This document shows positions 1-12,914 of a stretch of 64,000 nt of DNA, piece after piece; the stretch's first letter is position 1; every line of letters starts with the position of its first letter. The stretch comes from Saccostrea cucullata (Eukaryota). The DNA lies in assembly GCF_032062105.1 (NCBI RefSeq), contig NW_026931035.1, positions 372,001-436,000 of the forward strand, given 5' to 3'. The position numbers were made by a program, and so were the translations under genes. The notes under the pieces are model-generated. The model had not been told where the DNA came from and made no database searches. It saw nothing but the letters and a program-made list of their open reading frames with translations.

Positions 1-1173
1 TGCAATAAAAAGGAAATTTAAACAAGGTTTTTTTTTTTTTTTAATAGGAATCACTCAGAAGTTTTCTTCAATATGTAAATAAGAGTGTTGGTAAAATGGA
101 ACATCAACAAAGAAACATTTCAAGTTAAAATAAATTGGGATCAAACGATATACCGCAACATGAAATCAAAAATTAAAATCACTCCTAAAATAAGGCAAAC
201 ATACACATTTTGTTTAAAATATGTATTTATTATTTTAAACTAGAGTAGATTAACATACAAAAAGCAGTTTAATTGCAGTTAAAAGATTATATAATTTTAA
301 CAGTGTAACAACTCCATCGTATTCTATCGTCTCTGTTTAGTAGGACCGCTTTTCAACTGACTCTTCTTTTTTTTTCAATTGACCGACCTATAGTTATTTT
401 TTTTGAAAATAGTTTTGAAAAACAACTTATTAAAAAAGTGGCCTTATCAAGTCCAACTGGAAATTCCATTATGATTCACAATCAAAATTAATTGGATTTT
501 TTATTTACGTAATAAAATACATGTACTCTACATACTCTATATTGTTGTTTCTTTCATCTATATAGCATAAAGTGCACATGTACGCCTATATTTAAGTTAA
601 ATGAACTGAGTTACTGATACATTTATTTGACTTTGGTAATTAAAGGTAGAAATACTACTTGTTTTCAATTTCAGTTCCACGAAAAAACATTTTAAAGTCC
701 ATAAAAATAATGTTTATCATATTGACTATTGAAATATAAAAGATTTTTATTTTCATGTTTTTGTTTTTGTTTTTTTTTTTTGATATATTGCTATTAAAAA
801 CTTTACACTCAATGTTCACATAGTTCATATTTAATTTGAATTTGTTCAGAGAAATAATGCAAAATGCATCTGTATAATGTACATTAAATCTGTAAGATTT
901 TTGTCCAGTTTTCAAATCTGTAACTATAGCTTGACTTGATGTATACTGGGTTATTTTTCACCTGTGTTATTTTCACCTCACACTTGCAAACAATTTAATT
1001 GCCCATTCATAGATCTGTTTCAGAAGTCATACTGTGTTCTTTGAATTCACCCCCTTTCAAATCTGAGTAGGGCAAAGGGCTGAAAATCAGACATGGACAA
1101 ACATTTCCCTGTATACAGTATCACCAGGTTTTAGTTAAGTATTCTGATTCATTTACCCTACAATTTGACTTAC

Positions 1174-2699
1174 GACTAAGTTGTTCTCCAGTAGAAATCG
1201 CAGTCTTGCTGGTCTGCTCATCTGGGCCAGGTATTTCTGTTTCTTCTCTTTATGCCTAAGATAAGAGCTGATGCCTAAAATAGTGAATTTAATGTATTTA
1301 TCTGACTCATGTTCAAAGCTGCAATGTCCATTCTATGTAAAAAAAAAAAAAAACATAAAAATTATACTGTAGTGTGAAGTTTTCACATTTGGAGGGGGAT
1401 ACAAAGTGACAAGTCTCTTTGTACTAATGAAAGCCACAAAAATTGACCTCCAAGAAAATAAGTGATTTCACAGTACATTGTACTTATATTGAATTGTAAA
1501 TTTTGGATGTTCAACAGGTTATAATGTGGACGGACCATGCATTAGCACATTAAGAGAATTTGTCTGTATACCTGTCCCTCTTTTAAGAAATTGAAGTCTA
1601 AAATTTACAACCCAATACTTACATTTTCATTTTTAAATGTCATAGTTGATTGATAATAAATCATGTACTTTTTTGAAGTTTAGAATATTTGCCTGGTTTA
1701 AAATGACATATTCCACACATGTACAGTACATCTATCATAAGGAAGCACACGATACTGTTCAAAATAAGCAGGAATTTAGATTTTTGCTAATGACATAGCA
1801 AATATTTGTGATGTCAAAATTAAAATCATATTAGCGTAACATTTTGAATTCTCTGTCCATGTGATGGTGTTTTGAATACTGAAGCTTTCCACACATATTA
1901 CAAGGAAACATGTGCCAGTTAAGCATATTCAGAATATTACCAGTATATCCACTCAAAGATCTATATTTCACAGGGATGGTACCAGATATTTGGGAGGGGG
2001 GTGGGGGGGTCTCACACATTTTTATATATATTTTTTTTTTTTAAATAGTGAACTTTTTACTGAGAGAAAAAGGGATTTTGTATAACATAATCCCTGTAAT
2101 GGTATACTGAGTAAGGTACCTTTAAGTTAGACATGCCGGTATATTGTTGTGACTGTAGGATATTAAATATTGATGCATTTCATCATTGCTTATTTTTGAA
2201 CAAGCTGGATTGACAGGAGTAGTTAGGTATGCAATATATTCATGATTTTGCGGGTGAACTGCATTCATATAGGATTGTCTTTCTCATGATGAATTTTCAT
2301 TGAACCCTCTTATCACCCTGTTGAGATCATAATATAATTTAGCAATATGGTCCCTCAAACACAAGATCAACAAAGTCTTAAAACAAAACGCACAGTGTAG
2401 GAGGAGGTACCAGTAACTATGATCAGGATAAGCTACATTACTGTGTGTATACATGACCTTGTCGGCTAATCCTTACCCAGAGCCCCAGTGGAGGCACAGC
2501 CCCACACATACACCCTCTCAGCTTTAGGCAGGTTATCCAGGGCATTCAGTTTTTTCCTAATCTCTGATTTTCTGGATGACTTTGGTATTTGTGAGTAGCC
2601 CCTTTTCTGCGACTGTAGAAAGCAGGATTTGGAAAATTTGATGCCACATGACATACACGTGAAGAATTCTTTCACAACTTTGTTCTGCATCTGATGCAT
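1174..2699 (-). CDS. RCC1L: RCC1-like G exchanging factor-like protein (WBSCR16), 5' part; coding exons 2699-2477 and 1274-1174; continues beyond left edge
   Basis: Spliced translation MHQMQNKVV...AERVYVWGCASTGAL|GISSYLRHKEKKQKYLAQMSRPARLRFLLENNLV. RVYVWGxxxxGALG matches the RCC1L N-terminal motif (human RVFVWGFSFSGALG, from recall). GT-AG sites with consistent phases. An acceptor just before the ATG (exon start 2705) implies an upstream non-coding exon. Confidence 0.85.
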
Positions 2700-3322
2700 A
2701 TTTTCCTACAAAAAAAAAATCAAATGAAAATATAAAATAAAAAATCACAACTTCATAATTAATTACTAGTATATGTACTTGAAAAAAAATTGTTTTGATA
2801 CTTTTCTCAGACAAAAACTAAACTAAAATAATATATATAAGAGAAAATCAAATTATTTAAGAAATGAAATTTTTAAGAATTCTAGAGGACATGCACTAAG
2901 ATGTTTCACATCTACATCATGAAGAGTCTTAGTGCTTAATGATAAGTATGCCAGCATGAAGTGTCCTAGTTCACGTACCTCATGAATTCTCAAAAATTAA
3001 ATTCATTAAGGGATGACTTTAATAGCAACCCAAGTTATACTGTATGACGTGGGTTGGGGCAGTTTACTAACTCTTTATAAACCGCTAAGGAGTAAACTGC
3101 TCCGATCTTGGTTATATACCAGTATAACTTGGGTTGTATTTAATTCATTTCTTATAATTCAATTTTCAATCATTATGTATACAAAACAAAACAATTTCTT
3201 CCATACAAATGCCTTCAAATTGTTCATACATGTATTTTAAACGTAACATCAAGCAGATTCATTGATATGTTTTTGACATCAGTCATTGTGATAGGCAACC
3301 CAGGTTATACAATTTAGATTAA

Positions 3323-3786
3323 TTTTTATGCTCCCCGATCGACAGATCCGAGGCGTATATTGTTTTTGTCCTGTCTGTTTTTCTGTTTATCTGTTTGTCT
3401 GTTTATCTGTTTGTCTGTTTGTCTGTCTGTCTGTTGTCAACTTTAACCTTCGCCATAACTTTTGAACTATGAGAGATACAGACTTCATATTTGGTATGCA
3501 TACTTGACCAATAAAGCTCTTTCAAATGGCACCAAGGTCAATGACCTTGTGACCTTGATTGTGACCTATATGCTAAAAATAGCTTTTTCGAACTTTTTGC
3601 CATAACTTTTGAACCATGAGAGATAGGTATTTCATATTTGGTATGCATAATTCACTAATAAAGTTCTTTCAAAGGACACCAAGATCGATGACCTTGTGGC
3701 CTTGACTGTGACTTATCTGCAAAAAATAGTTTTTTTTAACTTTGTTACCGCTGGGCACATAGTGTTTCACAAACACATCTTGTTTA
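3323..3786 (+). mobile_element. Non-autonomous HINE/Helentron-like element
   Basis: T-rich start with hairpin, degenerate (TGTC)n microsatellite, two related GACCTTGTGACCTTG-containing units, end cacatcttgttt. Confidence 0.7.
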
Positions 3787-4189
3787 TCCATTTAAATGAC
3801 ATGTTACAACCATAATAAATTATTCTCTTATATTTACTTTATTTTCTGATGGCTTGTCACATTTTTTGTCATTCAATGATCATTTTTAAAAAGTTTTCAC
3901 AATTAATCTGTTTTTTTTTAAACTTCAATAACATGTATTTCACATCCCACAGTAGTTAATGGGAATGTGAACTTTTTTCCAATTTGCAAAGAATCTTAGG
4001 GAAAATATTTGGAATTGTAAACATACATCAGAAATTAACTAACTGAACAAAAATACATCTCAGTTTTTGAATATCAAATTAATTAAAGAACAGCATGTTT
4101 GTCACTGAATCCCTTCAACTATAAATGAACAATCACATGACAAAAACAAACAAAACTTTATTTAGCAATTGATTTCACAGTATATCACA

Positions 4190-5054
4190 CAAGTACCAAA
4201 CAATGATTCAGTGGGAAAAGGCACTCACCTGAGCACTGTGGCTAGGAAAATCAAATCAGGAAATGCTTAAGTGGTCCCGATCCTAAAAGGGGGGGGGGGG
4301 GGGGTGATTTGAACAAACTTGAATCTATGCATACTTGAATCTACACTAACTGAGGATGCTAACATATTTTTTTGACTAACTGTGGCTTTTTTTCCCAATA
4401 AGTTATTATGTATTTTTGTGGTCCCATCCAATCCTGGGGGTCATGATTATAACAAATCTTTATCTAAACTACCCGATGATCTACCACATAAACAAGACCA
4501 ATCAAGATTTTTATAGATTTTTCCTATATATTCCTATGTAAAATTTTGATCATCCATTGTGGCCCCGCCCAACCCCAAGGGTCATGATTTGAACAAACTT
4601 GAATCTACACTACCTGAGGATACTTCCATATATATATATGACCAATCATGGCTTTAATGTTATCAAGAAGATTTTTAAAGATTTTCCCTATATATTCCTA
4701 TGTAAAACTCTGATCGTCCATTGTGGCCCCACCCTACCCCCAGGGGTCATGATTTGAACAAATTTGAATCTACACTACCTGAGGATGCTTCCACATTAGT
4801 TTCATCTTTCCTGCCCCAGTGGTTCTTGAGAAGAAGAATATTGAAAGATGCCATTAATTTTTCAGTAATTTTCAATTATCTCCCCTTGGAATGGGGCATG
4901 GCCCTTCATTTGAACAAAATTGAATCCCCTTTACCCAAGGATACTTTGTGGCAAGTTTGGTTGAAATTGGTCCAGCGGTTCTTGAGAAGAAGTCGAAAAT
5001 GTGAAAAGTTGACAGACGGACAGACAGACAGCTAGACGGACGCTGGACAAAATA

Positions 5055-5100
<46 letters not shown>
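4190..5100 (-). mobile_element. HINE-like element with internal satellite-like units
   Basis: ctcacctgag subterminal motif, repeated gggtcatgatttgaacaaacttgaatctacactacc units, (GACA/GACG)n tract, terminal hairpin gctcacttgagcc-ttc-ggctcaggtgagc. Confidence 0.8.
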
Positions 5101-5102
<2 letters not shown>

Positions 5103-8100
5103 TTAAGAACCAATTCAATTTATAAGTGCATTCACTTAAAATAAATTTAAAAATGACTAATTACTTGTGATAAATCAATGCAAATTCCCTCAATAAAATT
5201 TAATATGTGAATGTTTTTCTCAATCACATTAACAATATCTGTAAATTGCTTTTTATCAATTTAAAATATTCCAGGAATATTTTAAGTGAAATAATCATTT
5301 TTGATATTATCAGGTGCATAATAGTGTATAAACAAATGCATCATGAAACAGTGGGTTTTGACTACGAAATCAGTGTTTTCCCTTCTTTCCATAGAGTTAA
5401 AGATCAGTTTTAGCAGGCTAGGGGCTGAGGTTTATGAACAGAATCTCTGTTGACCTTACAACAAATTTTTATTTCAAAGCAGCATTTTTGTCAATATTGA
5501 AGTGGTCAATTTGGCCGGTAGCCATTTTTTTGGCCAAAAAAAATAGTCTTGTTTCCTGCTAACTGACCTACCCTATTTTTTGCACCCACCCTTAAGTTTT
5601 TTTCCCCTTAGTTTTAGGGGAAAAAATTGGAAATTTCATGTGTCAAAAAAAAAAAAAAATTAAATATGGACTTTAACAAAATTCCATGCGAGTTGTGCAT
5701 CAAAAGACATGGAATTTCATTTTAAAAGATAAAACTGACCTTTAATAATTTTCCTTCCAGCCTACCCTATTTTTTTCAGGCTGGTAGCAGTAAAACAAGA
5801 CCATTATTTTTTTGCCTTAGGGAAAACACTGGAATTTATCTCAAACATTTGGATTCTTGTTTATATCACATAGTACCCATCAATACGCGAGTTTCAAGAT
5901 TGTAACTCTCCTGCGATAGAGGCGCAAAAAGTATCCATTTCAGCATGGAGGTGGGACCATGTATATAAACGTGCATAAATAAATGAACGATGATTACGGC
6001 TTTTAAAATTTATTTAATGTTATAGAAAGATAAAGATGTTAAGCAGTGATGCATTTTATGATTTTATTAAGCTCAACTGTGTTTATTTATTAATCTACTT
6101 TCAATAATAGGGTACTTGAAAACGAAATAAACATCGTGGTCTTTATAAAAGTAAAAGATTTTCTTGACTGTACAAACATTCTCTAAAAAGTTAGCGGGTT
6201 TTTTTAAGTTATAATAGGTAAAAAATCAATATTTTATTTAAATTGTCGACATGTAATGATCAGATTCATTTTTACTGTATTTATTAGAGGTCCATATAGC
6301 TCTTCCCTCGTCTGAAAAGTCTCACATCCACAGAATTTTCTTTTTTGTTCCGATTTTTTTGCTTTAAAAAATGACACCTTTACTTTAATTCAGTTATTCT
6401 CGAGTTGAACAATGCATCCTTACAATTATATAATGAAGAAAAACTAGTATATCGATGATGCGATATGTACAATAATAAATATCTGTCCCACCTGTTTGTT
6501 TACGCGGCAACCAAATTCCCCTCCTCAACGAAAGAGCGCACCAAGGGAGATAATCTCGAAACTTGCGTATTGCCTGCCAAGAAAACTGACATTAAAAAAA
6601 AAAAATTGGCAAAAAAGCCACAAACTTGCTCGATTTGAATTTTCTGCAATCCAATGTAGCAAAATCAAATCAAGCTAGTTGATCACCTGTACAGATAACT
6701 AAAAGGGGTTGGAAGTTGACGCAGATTGGTTAAAAATGTGTCTTGAAATAGGGAGTGAAAAATAGTTGATTGATCAATGCTGGAAAGTGGAGAAATTCTC
6801 CCCAACAGTGGACAAAAATTCTTGCATCATCTTGTGTCGTAAATTGTATACTTTTTGCAGTACAGGATCTGTTGCGTTATGGTCAAAGACTGATATAGAA
6901 AAACATTACACTACAGTTCTGCAGTTAATCCAGTAATAGCAAGTTCTCCAAAAGGTATGACACTCATCAGTGAGAGTTCTAAAAGCAAAGCTACGATGAC
7001 GAAGAAAAAATTTGGACTAACTAAACAAAGCTACTTAAAGTATTTAAATAAAGATATGAATGTAAATCCAAATTTGCAGCTGAATGTAGTGATTGTATGA
7101 GTGTGTATTACATCACAGATGTACAGAATTTTGGCTAGGATCTACGAGTACCATGATTATAAACAAAGTTGTACGTCCCAACAGTCGTAGGTCAACATTT
7201 ATTCTGCGTCATTCTTTGCATTATTATGCATTACCTGTGTGTTATTTACATGTATTAGAAAAATTTTCTTCAAGACTCGCCAAGCAGCAGTTTATTGCTT
7301 TGGTAGAAACTGTTCTTTTCGGATGATAACAACAATTCGTCAATCGCGACATGAGACTGAGTTCATGGGGGCTGCCATATTGTAAATTAGATAACTCGTA
7401 CATAGTATGACGTCAACTTGTACCTTTACTGAGTCGTAAAATAAAAGGAAGGTAATTTTGTCATTCGAACTGTGGACACTCCTCAAACTAGTTACTTGAT
7501 ACTCTATCTCCTTAAAAATTACTTCAATTTTCACAAATTGCAGATATAAAACGTTAACAATCCCCTCTCTCTCTCTCTGATAACTGATAAAGTGCAGTCA
7601 CGAGTAACTATAGATCTATGTAGATTGATTGAAATACTTCCTTACTGAAACTTTATACATTTTATTTTTATTGCTTATCATTGAAAAAAAAATTGTCAAA
7701 TCTCAATGTGTAAAAGGAATTTTTGTATGTAGTTAAGACAATTCATTTTAGATTATTGAAGAATCCATGTACAAACCAGAAAAATTGCACAAATGAAAAA
7801 CGAACCCATTAACGAGTTGGTCACAAGAAAGAAAAGATGGCATCGTGTCAAAGAAATCTTTTATTTCTTAGAGAAAATAATTAATGCTAAAATCATGGGT
7901 CTTATGATATAAAATATTTCTTATGTAGTTTCTTCAATGTTCTAAACCAGGATAGCGTTTTACAAAATTTAGGCGATTTAACCTTTTTGAAAACCATCAC
8001 ATGAAGAGTAATAACTTTATAGTTCGCAGAAATCAATGTATACCACCTTTGTTATTTGCACTACGGTTAGGATAATAACCTGATAAGAATGGAGGCGTAC

Positions 8101-8270
8101 AAGGCGAGGACAATCCCCCGCTCTGAGAAAAGGCATTTCTCAATTCTAAAAGATCATGAAAAGTCATATTTTTCAAAATTATATTGTTTATATCATTTTA
8201 ATATTTTATTAATAATTTATTTTTCACTCATGTTTTTAAGATATGTGTAAACAAAATAGAAAAAGCTTCA

Positions 8271-8347
8271 CGTACACAATGATTCGAACTCTCTCCATGT
8301 AGCGCAGCGTTTGGTCCAAGGCCGACCGCTTTAACCACTACGCTACG
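8271..8347 (-). pseudogene. tRNA-like sequence (Pol III A/B boxes) inside MITE
   Basis: Minus strand tagcgtagtggttaaagc (A box) ... gagttcgaatc (B box); no proper cloverleaf. Confidence 0.45.
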
Positions 8348-8370
8348 AAGTAATTTACATTGTCGACTTC

Positions 8371-9168
8371 CACCGTGCCATAGCGTTACTATGATGCAAT
8401 TATTCCGTAACGTATGATGAAACGATTCTTTATGGAGTTTTTACATGGAGATTTGACCAAGGTAAGTTAATGTCGTATTTGTATGCCTTAAACGCAAAAT
8501 AGCCCTAATTGTGTTAGCCCTTGCATTATAGGAATGACACAGGCATCTGTTGACATAATGGACAATGTCCAGTTATGCGCCATTTTCTTAAACACTTTGC
8601 ATTTTCATAATAGAGAGGCTAAAAAGTTCGATTTATTCATAGAACTTTTTTCCTAATCATGTTACAAGATCAGCTACAAGTTTACCATAATGAAAATTCG
8701 TTGTTTTTCCATTACACTCTTGAATTGTGATGAAAATATTTATTTAATCGCTTTTAACATGGGTTTTTAGAAGTAACGTATGATGCAACGATTCCCATCA
8801 TCAGTAACGTGCGATGCAACTATTCTTTAACAATCGTATTATTAGACCAATATGTTGGATTTCTTTACTAGGACACGTTTCAAAGTAGGGTAATAAAATT
8901 ACTCATTGCTTTCTTTTTATCACAGAATACCAAATGGTTAAGAAAAAAGCAAAACTTGACTAAAGAACGGCTAAAAGAAAAAAGTACAGCAAGAATAACG
9001 TCATTTCATCCCCTTACCCAACTCCGAAAAGAAGAAAATTTCTACTCCATTTAAATCCAAAAATTGACATGTTGATGCCCCAAACAGAAACACTGTAAAA
9101 ACTCCATAAGGAATCCTTTCAACATACGTTACGGAATAACTGCATCACAGTAACGCTATGGCAAGGTG
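8371..9168 (+). mobile_element. Non-autonomous TIR element copy 1 (CAC...GTG termini; Transib-like)
   Basis: 798 bp, ~75-bp imperfect TIRs beginning caccgtgccatagcgttact; internal repeats of gtaacgtatgatgcaac. Confidence 0.85.
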
Positions 9169-9563
9169 ACTAAATATGACATTTTTTTAAAACGTGCTAA
9201 TTTCGGCGAATTTTTATTTTTACCTTAATGAGGGTATTCAGACACACATAGAAAAACACATAATACACAAAATAAACTATCCTGTAACCAAGCGCCTATG
9301 ATCTCAAATTTAAAAACAATTTTAGGAGAGTGTAATAAATCATCAAACTTGGCAACAAATATATAAAATTAAGTGTTCTCTGAATACATGCCATAATACC
9401 TCAGCTTCGCAGGTTAAAGAAAACTGGGAAAATCAAGCGATAGACCCTAATCACAATTTCTTTTTTTATTTATACAAAATTTTATTCGCAAATAAATTAA
9501 AGTAAACTGGGCTTGGGCAACAGGCAAAGTCTATTTTGGCTCTCTCCCTGCTAATGCCTTTAC

Positions 9564-10362
9564 CACCGTGCCATAGCGTTCCCATGATGCAGTTATTCCG
9601 TAACGTATGTTGAAAGGATTCCTTATGGAGTTTTTACAGTGTTTCTGTTTGGGGCATCAACATGTCAATTTTTGGATTTAAATGGAGTAGAAAAATTTCT
9701 TCTTTTCGGAGTTGGGTAAGGGGATGAAATGACGTTATTCTTGCTGTACTTTTTTCTTTTAGCCGTTCTTTAGTCAAGTTTTGCTTTTTTCTTAACCATT
9801 TGGTATTCTGTGATAAAAAGAAAGCAATGAGTAATTTTATTACCCTACTTTGAAACGTGTCCTAGTAAAGAAATCCAACATATTGGTCTAATAATACGAT
9901 TGTTAAAGAATAGTTGCATCGCACGTTACTGATGATGGGAATCGTTGCATCATACGTTACTTCTAAAAACCCATGTTAAAAGCGATTAAATAAATATTTT
10001 CATCACAATTCTAGAGTGAAATGGAAAAACAACGAATTTTCATTATGGTAAACTTGAAGCTGATCTTGTAATATGATTAGGAAAAAAGTTCTATGAATAA
10101 ATCGAACTTTTTAGCCTCTCTATTATGAAAATGCAAAGTGTTTAAGAAAACGGCGCATTACTGGGCATTGTCCGTTATGTCAACAGATGCCTGTGCCATT
10201 CCTATAATGCAACGGCTAACACAATTAGGGCTATTTTGCGTTTAAGGCATACAAATACGACATTAACTTACCTTGGTCAAATCTCCATGTAAAAACTCCA
10301 TAAGGAATCGTTTCATCATACGTTACGGAATAATTGCATCATAGTAACGCTATGGCACGGTG
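9564..10362 (-). mobile_element. Non-autonomous TIR element copy 2, inverted relative to copy 1
   Basis: 799 bp, near-identical reverse complement of 8371-9168. Confidence 0.85.
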
Positions 10363-10924
10363 ACTTCTGTCAGTGTGACTTAAATGAACAGGTTTGTTGA
10401 GGCGTACATTTTTTTCAGAAATTTTCGATTTTCATACAGAATGGGTTCAGATTCCATTTTTTGGACGAATGAAATAGATTTCGCATTTACGTTTCCATCA
10501 TTTGAGGCTTGACCCATTCATGTTCAAAATTCATTTTTTTATAGCTCTAGTAAACCCATTTTCCACTAAATATGTTTAACTCTCAACTTTGAAATAAAGA
10601 TTATCAAATAATAAGTCGTTCAGTAAAAAAAAATGATAAAATGTTTTGAAGATGACATTACCGAGAACATGATTTTAGAAAAAAAATATAACTTTTCTGT
10701 GAATTTCGAAAATTGAGAAATATTTTGCCTCATAGCGGGGGATTGTCCACGCCTTATACGCCCTCTTTTTTTATACTATTATATTGCAAAAAAATAAGAA
10801 ACCCCCAAAATCTTATTTCAAGATCGTTTATTTTCAGTCAATATTGTGAGTGTGTCAGATAATTTAAATCATAAAATTTAAATCATCAGACATATTTCCA
10901 TGACATTTCCCGATGACATTGTTT

Positions 10925-12590
10925 CTATGACATTTTCCAGGAATGCTCATCCTCTGTACTCCCGATATCAAGGGGCGCTGCCTCAAAACAGAAGTCTTCT
11001 GCTCCCCAGAATTCCATGTGAGATTGGCGGGTGTTTGGGCGCGAGTCACGTGGTGAGGGCAACCAGAACAAATCTGAAGCAACAATAATAAATGAGTAGT
11101 TCATTCCATACTACGACCAAAAACAAGAAACACGCAGGCCCTAGCATCAGGAGGGACAGGGACAGGGATGGGGTGGCCTCCCACTTTTTTGAAAAACTTT
11201 TTACCATCGAAAATGTTCAATGAAAGCCCCCCCCCCTTTTTTCTGTATTTTTTCTGTATAGTCAAGCGAGAGTATTGTAGTACTGTATGAATAAAAGTTG
11301 GTTCTGAAAGAAAAAGGAAGTTGGAACTTACCCCCATCCCACGAAACAGGATTTTCGAGTGCGAGGGTTATGTATTACTGAAAAAATGGATAGAAGGTGG
11401 AACCTACACCCTACCCCAACCCAACAATCCCCCCACGAAATAAGATTTTTTGAGATTGGGCTTTTTTTTGACTGTCAAGTTTTTTCAGGTAAGTTTAATT
11501 CCCCCTTCTAAAACGATGAGCAACGTCCCTGACCCACAACACTCACCTGAGTAACTTTGGACCAGATGTTCTTGGTTAAAACATATTTGATTGTCTTTAA
11601 ATTATACAAATGAGATGTGAAAAAATAAAACTAAATACATGTATTCGCACCTTTTACCTCGATGAACGGTGTTCCCATGACAACCAAAAATAGAAATATC
11701 TGTATAAAACTTAAAATACATGGAAAATATGGAATCTATACCTGTGTTTTCTGTTAATGGCTTAGGACGCCCTTCTTCGCTGGATGAAGACTGATTAACA
11801 GTGATAGGTTCATACTTCCGGTCCATTTGTTTCAAGTCCATCGGTTTGGGTTGGTTCGATTCTGTTCTCTTCATTTCAGCGATAGCCCGGAATGCTTGCT
11901 GCCACTGAGACTGGGACTTTGGAATCGAACTCTCCTCTCTATTTTTGCGTATTGGGGTACCAATATCAATCATAGGGCGGGGCTTGTTTGACACATCATG
12001 TAATTTGTTGTCCATAAGAGACTCCCAGCTACTCGGTGGGTTTGAGCCTGTAGCGTCTTCCTTAGCTGTTTTGGGGTGTTCTACATTAGATTTAGCTTTG
12101 GTGACATTTTTAAGTTTTTGCCACAAATTTGCCTTTTCCGTGTTCTGTTTTGAGGAAGTCTCATTTTCTGGTATGTTATCATGTTCAGTCCAATCTTTCG
12201 GGCGTTTTGCTGTCGGTCGATTTCGCTTAATGCTCTTTCCTAATCTACGACAAAAAACTCAATGAAACAAACAAACAAGAACAAAATATTTATCAAATGT
12301 ATACTGTACTTCTATTAGTAATCTACAATACTTTTTAAAGTGAAATATCTAACAAAAATACTTTTTTTCCATTTTGTATATACGGGAAAGGGTTCCTGAT
12401 AATGAGTGATATTTAGAGATGAAATTGTTGTTTAAAACCCCCAACCTCCCATATCTCCCCATATCTATAAACAAGGTACATATGCGAAATACAATCAAGG
12501 GAGTGTTCTATATGCACTGCATGCAGTGTATATACTCGTATGTGAATTATTTTTGTGCTTTAAAAATGCTTACCCACTTTCGTTCTCCAT
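10925..12590 (-). CDS. Uncharacterized, probably disordered protein (~222 aa); exons 12590-12574, 12244-11742, 11073-10925
   Basis: MENESG|LGKSIKRNRPTAKRPKDW...KPLTENT|DLFWLPSPRDSRPNTRQSHMEFWGAEDFCFEAAPLDIGSTEDEHSWKMS*. GT-AG sites with matching phases (2, 1); 503-nt open exon. The first micro-exon is less certain. Confidence 0.7.
11135..11531. mobile_element. MITE (CAGG...CCTG family), degenerate
   Basis: Ends caggccctagcatc / gatgagcaacgtccctg; similar to 15118-15443. Confidence 0.5.
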
Positions 12591-12914
12591 ATTTTAAAAG
12601 GGTCATCTTTCCACTAAGTATAAATATTAAAGCAATAAAACAACATTTCCCTGTGCATTTATTTTCATTTTAATGACGGATTGTCTTTGATTATAATTCC
12701 ATACACTCAAGTTTTTCCTAATTATAGGCAGAACTATTCGGTTGGTTGCTTTTACATAATACGAGAAAGTAATGTTTGAATATCAAATATCAAACAAAAA
12801 CAATACTGGAAATTCTAAACCGTCTTTTATGAGAGGTCTATATACATGAATGCACGGGGGAGTAAATGGATATTAAACAATCTCAGACAAACCGTTCCCA
12901 AACATACTGATTCA

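Larger units (their letters stand above)
8094..10762. mobile_element. Outer TIR MITE (~670 bp when empty) interrupted by the composite element
   Basis: Imperfect ~50-bp TIRs: ggcgtacaaggcgaggacaatcccccgct... and ...agcgggggattgtccacgccttatacgcc. Confidence 0.7.

Noticed and set aside
1831-2019. 62-aa ORF with CxxC...H pattern in the RCC1L intron
   Set aside because: Exons 2477 and 1274 already join in phase with the RCC1L motif intact; no convincing splice sites or zinc-finger spacing.
4721-5113. ORFs such as MWPHPTPRGHDLNKFES... (also 39825, 41419, 46857, 47185, 59958, 60231)
   Set aside because: Translations of HINE/satellite sequence.
6680-7400. Possible decayed exon/pseudogene or RCC1L first exon (minus-strand MAAPM..., YY1-like motif)
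   Set aside because: The frames I translated are interrupted by stops and match no family I recognise; it cannot be assigned without transcript data.
8371-8445. Full RSS (heptamer-12/23-nonamer) in the CAC TIR
   Set aside because: The A-tract (tgtaaaaactcc) is on the wrong strand and ~55 bp away; only the heptamer-like tip is similar.
11945-12265. Plus-strand 106-aa ORF (also 31670-31990, 48096-48377, 52829-53197)
   Set aside because: Antisense shadows of real exons.
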